In this document: piece by piece, positions 53,067-63,163 of the stretch
Layout: the number at the start of each line of letters is the position of its first letter
How positions within the stretch are numbered: position 1 is the first letter of the stretch
Assembly: GCA_963743305.1 (NCBI GenBank)
Contig: CAVUPH010000024.1
Location: 56,603 to 120,602 of the forward strand
DNA from: an uncultured delta proteobacterium
GTDB taxonomy: Bacteria > Desulfobacterota > RBG-13-43-22
Reading direction: 5' to 3'
Length of the DNA stretch: 64,000 nt
Program-made: the position numbers and the translations under genes
Notes under the pieces: model-generated
Seen by the model: the letters and a program-made list of their open reading frames with translations, nothing else
Told to the model about the DNA's origin: nothing
The model's database searches: none

Positions 53067-53797
53067 GCCGATGTCTCCTTTCGGATCGCTTGCGATCTAT
53101 CCAGATTCATCGGCTGGCGGTTACCTCTGGCCTCCTGGAGGGGGGTGAATTAACGTGATCCCGGGGGGGGGAAATGTCATGATCCCAACCCCGTCTAAAG
53201 GGTCCATTTATCATGATCCTCGACACCGGGTGATCAACCCGTTCAAGGCCGCGCCGGTATTGATCCGGATTCAGTTGCAAACGCTCCCCGATGGTCTCCG
53301 GGCGGTAATAGGAAAGCCCCTGTTCATCGGCGGCCAGGACCAGAAAAAAATAAAGCTGCCGTTCTTCCGGACTCAGGCACTTAATCCAGCCCCGGAAACG
53401 ATGTTCGATAAAGGCGAAGCTGCTGTTGATTTTTCGTATCCGGCAGGGGTTCAAAACTTTTTTCTGGATCATGGGCGCCTCCCGATGTTTTGGAGGGCAT
53501 CGTAAAAGAACTCCAGCTTTAAAGTCTATCGAGTCCTTCTTTGCAAGATGGACCCCGTGGTGTCCAACTTGCCGGAATAATGAATATTTTTTGGGCTAAC
53601 GCGTCCATCTTTGCAAGATCGGGGGCAATAAAATAAGTTCCTGAGCTTATAAAAGAAAGAGGCTTGAACGCGTCCATCTTTGCAAGATTCGTTAACCGGC
53701 GTTTTCGATCCCGACTTTTTGCCTATTCCGCTCAAACTGACCACCGGTTCCGGTCAAACTGACCAGAGATCGGAGCGCAGCGACGCAGGAGAAAAGA

Positions 53798-54556
53798 TTA
53801 TACTACGGACTGGTCAGTTTGAGTCAAGGGGGAACGTGTTTTCCGCATGGATTCTCCTTTCAAGGTGATTTTGTGGGCCTGGTGAACCAGGCGATCCAGG
53901 ATGGCATCGGCCAGGGTGGGTTCCCCGATGGTTTCATGCCAGGTGGAGATGGGGAACTGGCTGGTGACCAGGGTCGAGGACCGGTCATAGCGATCCTCCA
54001 GGACCTCCAGGAGGTCATGGCGTTCGGCCGCCTGCAAAGGGTTGAGACCCCAATCGTCGAGGATCAGCAAGGGGAGTTTGGCCAGGCGGGCCAAGACGCG
54101 GGAGTAGGAGCCATCGGCCTTGGCCATCTGGAGTTCATGGAGGAGCTTGGGGATCCTGGTATAGCGAGTGGAGAACCCCAGACGGCAGGCCTGATGAGCC
54201 AGGGCGCAGGCCAGGTAGGTTTTTCCGGAACCGGTGGGTCCGATGATGATGACGTTCTGGTGATGGGTCAGCCACTGGCCGGAAGCCAGGCTTTGCAGGA
54301 CGGCCTGATGCAGGCCCCGTTTGTGCCGGTAATCGACCTCTTCCAGACAAGCCGGTTCCCGGAGTTTGGCGGCCTTCAGGCGCCGTTTCAGGTGTCGGTT
54401 CTCGCGATAGGTCCACTCCCGGTCGACGAGCAGACCGAAGCGCTCTTCGAAGCTGAGGGCTTGGGTGGCGGGTTGGTTCAGTTGTTCCTCGAAGGCGCGG
54501 GCCATACCGAAGAGCTTCATCCGCAACAGGTAGTCGACGGTCGGTTGGATCAACAT
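53798..54556 (-). CDS. istB: IS21 helper AAA+ ATPase
   Basis: GPTGSGKTYLA, LILDDWG, TSQ, ADAILDRLVH, GESMRK. Confidence 0.95.
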   Translation of the reverse strand: MLIQPTVDYLLRMKLFGMARAFEEQLNQPATQALSFEERFGLLVDREWTYRENRHLKRRLKAAKLREPACLEEVDYRHKRGLHQAVLQSLASGQWLTHHQNVIIIGPTGSGKTYLACALAHQACRLGFSTRYTRIPKLLHELQMAKADGSYSRVLARLAKLPLLILDDWGLNPLQAAERHDLLEVLEDRYDRSSTLVTSQFPISTWHETIGEPTLADAILDRLVHQAHKITLKGESMRKTRSPLTQTDQSVV

Positions 54557-54567
54557 AGATTCCTCCT

Positions 54568-56109
54568 TTACTGGTAATAGTCCTTGCCCCGGATATGGGG
54601 ATGCAGACGGATCGGGGGTTCTGGAATAGGGATTAAGAGTTGTCGGTCCAAACCGGAGGTCAGGATCGACTTGATGTTTTGATAACGGTATTGCTTCATC
54701 TGGGTCGCCCGTTGGCAGGCGGCCTCCAGTCGCTCGTGGGAAAAGCGATCCCCCAGACGGATCAAGCCCAAACAGGCCCGGAAGCCCTGTTCCGGGTAGT
54801 CTTTGGCCTGGAGGATTTCCCGGGCGACGGCGGCGGTGTAGGGGCCTATTTTTTCGATCCAGCCCAGGATCCGTTCCGGGGTCCAGGCCCGGTGGTGTTG
54901 ATGGGGCGGCGGGAGATGTTCCGGCCGGGTGGTGTAGCCGCCCTTACGGAAACTGCGGACATGGCTGGCCACCCGGCGGTTTTTAAACAGGACCTCGACG
55001 ATGGACCGGGTGAGACGGACATCGACCTGTTCCCGGACCAGCGGATAGGGAACGCTGTAAAAGTGGCCGTCCACTTCGATGTGGACGTCGACATTGACCC
55101 GGGCCTTGAGCCAGTCGGCGTATTCGTAGGGAGGTCCGCTTAAGCGTTGGGCGGCCGGTTTATCCAGGGTGAGGAAGCGCTCCCGCCGGGAGCCGGAGAC
55201 CTTCTTAAAGGGTCTTTGGTTCAGCCGGATCAACAGTTCCCGGATGGCCTGGTTGGCCTCGGCCAAGGAAAAAAAGGTCCGGTGGCGCAGAGCGGCCAGG
55301 ATCCAGCGCTCGACCAATAAAACGCCGGCCTCCACCTTGGCCTTATCTTTGGGTTTGCGGACGCGGGCGGGGATGACCGCCAAGCCGTAATGACGAGCCA
55401 TTTCCTGGTACGTCGGGTTGATATCCGGATCATAACGGCAGGCTTTATTAACGGCCGCTCCCAGATTGTCGGGAACCAGGACCTTGGGCAGACAGCCGAA
55501 GAAACCAAAGGCCCGGACATGGGCCCCGATCCAGTGTGGTAGTTTCTCGGACAGACAAGCTTCGGCGTAGGTATAGTTGCTGGCGCCCCAAACCGCTACG
55601 AAGAGGGTATGAAAGGTCACCTCGCCGGTTTCCGGATGGGTGATGGGGATGCCTTGGCCGGAGAAGTCCACGAACAGCTTTTCTCCGGCCCGGTGTTCCT
55701 GCCGAAGGCACCAGTCCAGTTTTTTGGCCCAGCGCCGGTATAGTTCGCAGAACTGGCTGTAGCGATACCCCTGGGGATGTTGCTCCTGGTATTCATGCCA
55801 GAGCAACTGGAGGGTCATGTCCGGCCGACGGAGTTCCTCATGGAGCTCCGACCAATCCGGGACGGGCCGAGGATGGGTGGGAACAGGAAGCGTGGGGGAT
55901 GGGAACAGCAGTGCCGCTAAGGCCTGATCGTCCAGATGCTCCGGTAAGGGCCAGGACAGCCCGGCCTCCTGAGCCCGCTGTTCATACTCGGCTACGGTGT
56001 TGTGGGAAATGGAACAGCTTCGCCCTGTCTGGCGACGCCCTAATCCCACCTCCCAACGTAAACGTAAAACTTCTTTGATCTTGCGCATGGATAACCTCCG
56101 GTTGGCCAT
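54568..56109 (-). CDS. istA: IS21 transposase
   Basis: MRKIKEVLRL, HRAGEKLFVDF, VPDNL, KPKDKAKVE, YSVP, HIRGKDYY. Confidence 0.95.
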   Translation of the reverse strand: MANRRLSMRKIKEVLRLRWEVGLGRRQTGRSCSISHNTVAEYEQRAQEAGLSWPLPEHLDDQALAALLFPSPTLPVPTHPRPVPDWSELHEELRRPDMTLQLLWHEYQEQHPQGYRYSQFCELYRRWAKKLDWCLRQEHRAGEKLFVDFSGQGIPITHPETGEVTFHTLFVAVWGASNYTYAEACLSEKLPHWIGAHVRAFGFFGCLPKVLVPDNLGAAVNKACRYDPDINPTYQEMARHYGLAVIPARVRKPKDKAKVEAGVLLVERWILAALRHRTFFSLAEANQAIRELLIRLNQRPFKKVSGSRRERFLTLDKPAAQRLSGPPYEYADWLKARVNVDVHIEVDGHFYSVPYPLVREQVDVRLTRSIVEVLFKNRRVASHVRSFRKGGYTTRPEHLPPPHQHHRAWTPERILGWIEKIGPYTAAVAREILQAKDYPEQGFRACLGLIRLGDRFSHERLEAACQRATQMKQYRYQNIKSILTSGLDRQLLIPIPEPPIRLHPHIRGKDYYQ

Positions 56110-56745
56110 TCCCGTTACCTCCCCTGTTTAGTTGGGAGGCAGGGTAGCACCAGATTTTATCCTGCGCCGCTGTTAACTTTTTCGATTCCGGCCTAGCTGT
56201 TTTACTGGTCAGTTTCCCGCCGGAATCGGTGGTCAGTTTGCTCCGGAATCACTGGTCAGTTTCGATCGGAATGGGTGGTCACTTTGGTCCGGAATACACA
56301 TTTTCTGTTTCTGCCGGTTGGTTTGCACATAGGAGGGGTGCCGGGTCCGATAGTTCTTCCAATAGTCGGGATGGTGCTTCAGCCAGTTCTTTTGGGCATC
56401 CTGATGGTCGGCCTGGTAGTCAGGGTCTTGGCGAACCTTTTCCCGTTGCCAGTGGGTTTTGCGGGCCTGCTGGCATTCCGGTCGGCTACAATACTGTTGG
56501 TTCTTTATCCGGGGATTCGGAAGAAAAAAAGATTGGCAATGCCGACATCGTTTTCGGTCCATGGCTTCCCTCCCGGGGAAACCATAAATCGGTCAGCGGT
56601 TCTCTGAAACGGAAGAATATTAAAAAATGAGGGATGGTAGGGGAAGAAAAAGGAAGAAAATAGATCCTTGGCCGGGTTCTACTCCGGTGCCCCTGGACTA
56701 CTTCTTAACCGAAGTAAATGGTAGGCTTACTGAGTGGTGATATCA

Positions 56746-57476
56746 GGCGGCTCAATGGGCGAACCCATTGGCTGTGGTGCTTTACCACCCAGACCCTTTG
56801 TTACTACCTGATCACACCCGGTCGGGGATCTCCGGTTATTCGTCAAGTCTTAGGCGAACTATTTTCCGGTATCCTGGTTGTGACTTCTGGGGCGCTTACA
56901 ATAAAATCGGCACCCTGGCCAAGCAGCGGTGTTTCTTTCACCTGTTCACCGAACTGGTTAAGGTCGATAAACTCAACCGGGCTCCGGCCTGGAAAGCCTT
57001 TCGAAAAAGCCTGACCCGTTTGTTGAAAGATGCGGTCCGGCTTTCGGAACAGAAAAAACACAAAGCTCCCGAGGTTTACGCCCGCTTGGTCCAAAGGTTG
57101 AAAGACCGGTTGGCCCGACTGCTGGAAACCGAAAGCGGTGACCGGGACGTCCGGCGACTCTTGAAACGACTGAAACGGCATCGAAACGAACTCTTCACGT
57201 TCCTGGATTATGAGAAACGTCAGCCCCTATAACAACCATGCGGAACAACAGATGCGCAAACCAGTCTTGACCCGTAAAGTCTCCCAACAAAACCGTTCCG
57301 ATCAAGGGGCTAAAACCCAGGCCATCTTGATGACCCTGTTCCGTACAGCCGAATTGCAAGGAGAAAACCCCATGGAGGCTATCCTGAGCTTGGCGAAATC
57401 CTTTGTCCAGAATAAGCACGGTCAGGATTTAAACCTGAAATTGGCCGCGTAATTTTTCACAGAACTAAAGTGTTAC
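56746..57476 (+). pseudogene. 3' remnant of an IS66-family transposase and right end
   Basis: RLNGRTHWLWCF, CDFWGAYN, QRCFFHL, PYNNHAEQQMR, LMTLFRTA across frameshifts; ends in TTAC (GTAA terminus). Confidence 0.8.
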
Positions 57477-57545
57477 GAAAAAGGTAAATACTCTTCACGA
57501 CCGAGAGGTGGTAAATTTACCTGATTGGACCAATCTTCAGAAAAA

Positions 57546-58748
57546 TCAACACTTGATAGAGATTTCTTCTTTAATCTCATCACAATCGCTATTGTATTCC
57601 AGAGTAAACCTCAAACCTAAAGAAGGGTTTGTCGAATCTAGTTTTTGAAGAGCATTTCTCTTCCCATTAAATGCCTTGCGGATATTTTCTTTAACTTCGT
57701 CCTTCCAACCCTTGTGGTGTAAATGGTGTATAAGGCGAATATGACCCTCCTCATCATCTAAAATAACATCCTCCAAATCACACTCGGGCCAGGCTTCTTC
57801 TTGCCTTGTGGAACGGTCCCATTCTTGAAATTGATCTGTTATACAAAGCAAGAAGGCGATCAAATTATTTTCAGGGGTTAAGTTCCGCCACCAATCCGTC
57901 TCATTCATGTCATGAAAAAAAACTGCCACCATTGCATGTAATAGCATTCGAAACAGCGCAGAGCTTTTAAAGGATGACCAGTTATAATTATTAGAATTTA
58001 ACCCATGTTGAATAACATTACGAGCTAATATAATTGCTCCCAAATAACCATGAGCTATTTGAGATCGCCTTTCTTTTACAATATTCTCGGCCACTTTTAA
58101 TTCTATACATAAAGTACGGCTAATTTGTTCCACTAAGAGGTTATGCAGGACCACATATTCTTGTGAATAGTTTCGTGCCATTGGAGATTGGACACATATT
58201 CTATTGAAGGCATCATCATCTTTTAATTCAGGATCTTTAGCAGCATAGGCATAAAATTGGCTAATGCTTTTAATACCGAAAACTTCGAAAAGTTTACTCA
58301 TTTTATCATTGAGTTTTTTAATTTCAGCAATCGGACGGCCAAAATCATGTGTGGATGAAGCCAATATCCAAATCCCGATTATTTCGTTTATATCCGATAT
58401 GTCTGAGAACCCAAGCTTTTTACCTTCTCGTTCGGATTTGAAATTCAAAAGTTTTATAACGTTTAATCCAAGTAAAACCACATGAAATTGATGCAAAAAA
58501 TGGTCTCTTTGGCCAATTGCTATTAATAAATTTTCAAACTTCTCAAAAATGTCGAAAAAGTCACTTCTTATCTCTTCAGGCCAAAGTTCTTTTAAAATAT
58601 ATTTAACCAAAGCAGGTTTTGAGTTCCCCTCTGCAGTAGTATAGGTCGCCAAAGGAATGCTGATATTGTTCGAGAACAACTTAGGATCTTTAAAAAGTGG
58701 TACTATTAGTTTATGCAAACCCGTCTTAAAAGAATTTCTTAGTTTCAT
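57546..58748 (-). CDS. HD-superfamily metal-dependent phosphohydrolase-like protein
   Basis: RDHFLHQFHV, STHDFG, AHGYLGA, FFHD, LCITDQFQEWDR; AT-rich. Confidence 0.7.
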   Translation of the reverse strand: MKLRNSFKTGLHKLIVPLFKDPKLFSNNISIPLATYTTAEGNSKPALVKYILKELWPEEIRSDFFDIFEKFENLLIAIGQRDHFLHQFHVVLLGLNVIKLLNFKSEREGKKLGFSDISDINEIIGIWILASSTHDFGRPIAEIKKLNDKMSKLFEVFGIKSISQFYAYAAKDPELKDDDAFNRICVQSPMARNYSQEYVVLHNLLVEQISRTLCIELKVAENIVKERRSQIAHGYLGAIILARNVIQHGLNSNNYNWSSFKSSALFRMLLHAMVAVFFHDMNETDWWRNLTPENNLIAFLLCITDQFQEWDRSTRQEEAWPECDLEDVILDDEEGHIRLIHHLHHKGWKDEVKENIRKAFNGKRNALQKLDSTNPSLGLRFTLEYNSDCDEIKEEISIKC

Positions 58749-58763
58749 TGACTCTTTCCCTCA

Positions 58764-61025
58764 TTAAGATTGACCTTCGGAGCCTGTTGCAAATTCTTTC
58801 CTCAATTGTCTTACGCTGGCATTCCAAAACGTGAGTACTGCAGCAATTTGTGAGGAGAAGCTTAGTTCTTCACCCTCTTTAAAAGACGGTACAATAGATA
58901 TTCTGGATATTCGATCCCATAGGGCCAAATACGACCATTTTTTATTGCGTCAACAATTTTATTTAAATTATCATCGTTATCTGGATGTTGTGGAAAAAAG
59001 GAAGTTCTTTTTTCTGATTCAAACTTTCTTATATTTTTGTGTAAACTAACCGCGACACTGTACAAACTGGCTATTGTTGGTGCATGGTAGCTAGCAAAGA
59101 ATTCTATTTCATGGCTTTCCCCCAGATCATAGCCGGTGGCTTTAATTTTTCTTAGATGGGATATTAATTGTTCTTGAGCTTTTGATTGGTCTGAAAATTG
59201 TTCAGGTGGATCTGGAGGAGACTTCAAAAACAAGCGAAAGTACATTTCAACAAAAAAAGATCGGATTATGTATTTATCAATGAAATCCATCTTTGTTGGT
59301 AAAGTGCTAAGCTTATTCAAAAGAGTCCAGAGATTTTTTATAAAACAGTCTACATCCCCAAAAAAACCCAATAAAAAACCGAGAACTTCAGCCTCTAGTT
59401 CCATTAATAGTCTTCGGTAAAGTTCTCGATCATGTTTAGGCATATCACGTAAAAACTTATCCACTACGGGGTTGGAATCAGGTCCTTCACACCGAAGCCA
59501 TGGGGTTCTAAATTCGATTATGTGGCCAATCTCATGATAAATTTGCCACCATGGAGGTTAAGGACGCCAAAGATCACTAAAAGGAACAACGATAACCTCA
59601 TTATAATGAGCAAATTTCGGATCTTCCGCTATTAGAAATCCATACCAGCGGGCTTTAATACGATTTAAAACGTAGGACGGGATGTATTCCAATGCTAACA
59701 GGGCTCGTTGGACCCCTCCGCCAACAAACGAAAGGTCTCCCGGGGGACCCTCTTGGAAACCATAAATACCATATTGTCGGACTGCTGCTCCTCGACTAAT
59801 ACTGTAGGTTGCATTTAAAAATAATTCTTCGCTTGTTTCTTCTGTGGAGGAGGGACTGTTTTTTATACGTGTGGCGGATCTCAATAGAAACTCATAATAC
59901 TCAGACATATCCCAAAATACATTTCCATGCATAGGATTTTGAAGAGCTTCCTTAATACTGAAAAAATATTTCGTCAACTTCTTACTATTGATCATGCCAA
60001 ACAATTTTTCCGATTCATTTTCATTCTCGTTAAAATATTTTAGCATTTTTGATATAATATTTTGGGAGGCTTCAGAAATCGCGTTGTTTCCATTACCTGA
60101 ATCCGATAATTTAGGTGGAATAACCTCATAATTTAAACTAATATTAGTTGATGTTGCAAGGATTCGATCGCGAAATTCGTATCGGAAATGCAAGATATGG
60201 GCTAAGAAATTAGCCCAGGTCGTACGCTCAGGGACCCCCACAATAATGTCAAATCGACCGATAACATCTGTTGGGAAAAACCCTTCCTCTTCCCAATATC
60301 CTCTAATTGAATTATAATACAAGGGAGTTGCGGCTATGCTTACAGAAGGGATAATTGCCGGCCCAATTTCTTCTTTGAGTCCACTATGAATCAACAGATC
60401 TTGTTCAATCTTAGCTAAGGTTTGATCCGGTCGTGGCGATGGCAGTTTTTTATGATTGATCCCAATTGTAGAAAAAGTTTTTAGTAGATAGTTTGACATA
60501 GCCCGCGAATCGGTTTTCTGGTCATAACTAAAGTGGAGCAGGTTTTGGGCAACCTGACCCAACTTATCAGATTTAATAAATAAAATCAACTCGTTCCAGC
60601 CTAAGGTGCCCAAAATAAACCAGTTATCGTTAAGAGTTGACTTAAGATATTCCACTAAACTTACTTCGATTTGGATTATTTCGGCCTTTGCGAGAGGGTT
60701 TAATTTTAAAAGACCGACACCGATGAATGTGGTATCCTGTAAACTCTCAAACATAGCGTCTGCATGTCGACCCAGAAAAGAGAAACAATTAAACACATGA
60801 GAATTAAGAATATTTTCAATCGGACCTACATCCGTAAGATAAGGCTCGAAGCTTGGAGATTCATAAATTAAAAAAACATCGCAAAAGCCTAATCCTTTTA
60901 AGACAAGGTGAGGGGTTTTTAAGAGACTCACAGCCTTTCTTCAAATCTTCAACTACAGAAAACTCGGTACCCGGTACCACCTGAAGGCATGCCATCTTCA
61001 ATGCACTTTTTCCTATCTTTTCCAT
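58764..61025 (-). CDS. ~750-aa uncharacterised HExxH protein, reconstructed over two indels and one in-frame TAA (may be a pseudogene)
   Basis: ATG 61025 (MEKIGKSALK..). Indel ~60918. ORF 59558..60931 reads through TAA in frame to PPWWQIYHEIGH and into ORF 58862..59464. Indel ~58880, then AAVLTFWN..GQS* at 58764. Confidence 0.6.
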
Positions 61026-61039
61026 CAAGGCCTCTTATC

Positions 61040-61074
61040 AAAAAAAAAGAGCCGAAAATCCGACTCTTTTTTTT
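61040..61074. terminator. Intrinsic terminator-like hairpin between the small ORF and the HExxH gene
   Basis: A-tract-GAGCCGA-AAAT-CCGACTC-T-tract. Confidence 0.7.
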
Positions 61075-61081
61075 AAAAATA

Positions 61082-61311
61082 TTATGGGGGAAACTGTAAT
61101 CCCTGTATTTTCCTACTTTTACCGAGTGGGTATTGGGAAAATATCCTCTCGAATGGGTTCTGCGTTCTCCGGTATTATTATCTAAAAATTCTTTAAGATA
61201 ATTTCGCCGTTCAGTAAGCATATCTTTGGCGTTAGATAATAATGATGTTTCGTTAATATCGTTTAAAGAATCCTCTTCCCATGATGGACCACTAAGAAAG
61301 TAAAGTCCCAT
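61082..61311 (-). CDS. Small protein/peptide (~76-80 aa, 3' end uncertain)
   Basis: Strong SD AAGGAGGAGG before ATG 61311. Annotated as 120 aa, but one extra base in a homopolymer would stop it before the hairpin. Confidence 0.5.
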
Positions 61312-61769
61312 CGAACCCTCCTCCTTTTAAAGACCCCCGCCCCTTTTTCACTTCATTCTTTGCTGCACGCAAAGTTTTGAATATAATTGGTAAATAAAAG
61401 GATGTCAAACGCTTTTTTTTAATAAATTTCTGTTCCCCTTTATTTAATCCTCCTTAAATTCTATATTTTTTTACTACATATAGTATAAAAACAAAAATGT
61501 CAAACAATATATTGTATTTTGTCTGTTTTTTCACTTTTTTTCCGATTCAGAAAATATTTTTAAAAACCATTAGTTATCTCTCCTTCGGTTTTTCCCAAAA
61601 AACTTTATAAGTTGCTAATTTTTAATAATAATCATGCGGTAATCTAAATCAATCCTATCTCTGCTAAAAATTTTTAGGCTATATTCTAGGCGGTTATATA
61701 GTGACTGCTGTTTAGTTTTAAAAACGATATTTTTCTAATATTATCAATTAATTAAAAATTACTAATCTG

Positions 61770-62165
61770 GGGTATCTACTATACTCCAGTAGACCCAATA
61801 TGTTGTGGTTGATCGAAAACAAAATCGTCAAAATCATCACCTTCCCGGGATAGACCGTTGGCTTTTAGCTTTTTCCCAGGAACCGGATCTACCTGGAGCG
61901 CCTGCTTAACCAAACGATAAAGAAGCTTTCTGCGAAAATGCGAAGTGCGTCGATTAAATCGAAACGTAAACGCATCCAGATAGTAGGCCAACTGGGAAGG
62001 CCTAACTGCACCCTGATATGTTCCCAAAAGCCACCTTTTGAGCAACGAGGCGACCATGTGCGGCAGCTTGAGTTCCTTGGAGGAAAGGATTCTTCTTGGA
62101 AAGCCCTGTTCAGGCAGTTGGCTATATCCATTCCAGTCATCCGTCTTGACCACGCTGCCCGGTGC
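61770..62165 (-). pseudogene. 3' remnant of an IS1595-family transposase with terminal repeat
   Basis: PGSVVKTDDWNGY, SLLKRWLLGTYQG, YLDAFTFRFNRR; end GGGTATCTACT. Confidence 0.8.
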
Positions 62166-62199
62166 AACCATTGGCATTGGGCATTGGGTCGGATCCAAT

Positions 62200-62346
62200 G
62201 CCGTTAACTTCAGGATAATTCCCTTTTCCAAACAACGTCACCCCGGCGGAAGCCGGGGTCCAGAAAGCCTGAAAAACCTGGATTCCGGCCATTCGACTAG
62301 GCTCATGGCCCTGAGTAAGCCGAAGGGCTTTCGCCGGAATGACGGC
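62200..62346. repeat. ~140-bp dispersed palindromic element, copy 2
   Basis: Matches 46245..46382; ends GCCGGAATGACG. Confidence 0.8.
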
Positions 62347-62553
62347 AAGGAATTAATTTCAGGACTAAATGCAGGTCATGGTTAGGCCGTGTGCTTAAAA
62401 TCCGATAGGGTTGAATCAGCACTTCAGCGGAAATACCTAATCCATCATGAAAGTTTCGAATCATCTATCCGGTCGTACTCCTGGTGGGTTCGACAAAACT
62501 GAATAGTTGGTCCGACCGCCATTTCAAGCCTATGGTTCGAGCAATGCCGGGTA

Positions 62554-62862
62554 TTAAGCGGCATTGGAAAGTGGGTGCACTTCCTTATCCAGGCGATCAT
62601 CCAGAGCCTCCAGCGCCACTTCCATATCATAATGTGTCTGAAGATTAAGCCAGAATTCAGCTTCCATAGTAAAGAAGCGCCCCAGACGGAGTGCCGTGTC
62701 GGCGGTTATGGCGCGCCGCCCGTGTATGATTTCATTCATTCGGCGCGGGGTCACTCCAATATCTTTGGCCAATCGGTACTGGGTCACCCCCATCGGCTCC
62801 AGAAATTCTGTCAACAGGATTTCGCCAGGGTGGATTGGGGGAAAATCACGTTTAGTGTGCAT
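62554..62862 (-). CDS. higA: HigA-family antitoxin, no intact HigB upstream
   Basis: PIHPGEILLTEFL, GRRAITADTALRL, FWLNLQ..YD. Confidence 0.9.
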   Translation of the reverse strand: MHTKRDFPPIHPGEILLTEFLEPMGVTQYRLAKDIGVTPRRMNEIIHGRRAITADTALRLGRFFTMEAEFWLNLQTHYDMEVALEALDDRLDKEVHPLSNAA

Positions 62863-63091
62863 TTGAGCGTCATTGCCGCCGTTCACCGGAGGGACCGTGG
62901 CAGCCTGGCGGAAAAGATTTCTTTCGCGTGGCCAATGCCTACCTCACGAAACGAGGAGAGAGTTTAAAATAGAAGAAAGAATTGCGACTGATATTGATAA
63001 TCCAATTAAAATTAGCTATTTGTCAAATAAAAAAATATAATTGGCCTATGTAAAAGGACAGTGGTTCGATTAATATTGTGGGACGAAAAGG

Positions 63092-63120
63092 CTGGATGCC
63101 GGATCGGGTCCGGCATGACG
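63092..63120. repeat. REP-like hairpin CTGGATGCCGGA-TCGGG-TCCGGCATGACG
   Basis: ATGCCGGA/TCCGGCAT stem ending in TGACG. Confidence 0.6.
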
Positions 63121-63163
63121 ACTTAAAACAGATACGGAGAATATATCCAAGAGGAGGGGAAGG

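Larger units (their letters stand above)
50692..53225 (-). mobile_element. IS21-family element C
   Basis: IRs TGTCAAGGATCATG / TGTCGAGGATCATG; 5-bp target duplication CCGGG (50687-91, 53226-30); contains istA and istB. Confidence 0.9.
50621..53472 (-). pseudogene. IS21 accessory HTH-like ORF2, interrupted by IS21 element C
   Basis: MIQKKVLNP..FAFIEHRF..GLSYY..LITR | DLVAFQEPLFQVLSLPERRPA* rejoins across the CCGGG duplication. Confidence 0.7.
53720..56300 (-). mobile_element. IS21-family element B (intact)
   Basis: Ends TGCCTATTCCG / TGTGTATTCCG with multiple TTCCG..AAACTGACCA sub-terminal repeats; TTTT flanks; intact istA and istB. Confidence 0.9.
53519..56562 (-). pseudogene. IS21 accessory Cys-rich ORF1, interrupted by IS21 element B
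   Basis: CRHC..QQYCSRPECQQARK..QKQK | SRDRKRRLTNLAKMDA.. rejoins across a TTTT duplication. Confidence 0.7.
50066..56745 (-). mobile_element. Outer IS21-family element A with two accessory ORFs; 3' part deleted, carries two nested IS21s
   Basis: TG end at 56745 interrupts the IS66 transposase. Order is ORF1, ORF2, istA; istA is cut after ELVVDNM. Confidence 0.7.

Noticed and set aside
51534-53153. 539-aa plus-strand ORF and similar long antisense ORFs across the window
   Set aside because: Shadows of GC-rich coding sequence on the opposite strand with no recognisable motifs.
56205-56300. Regularly spaced TGGTCAGTTT..CGGAAT repeats resembling a mini-CRISPR or iterons
   Set aside because: Period is only ~23 bp with no unique spacers, and an inverted set lies at 53720-53766. 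These are IS21 sub-terminal transposase-binding repeats.
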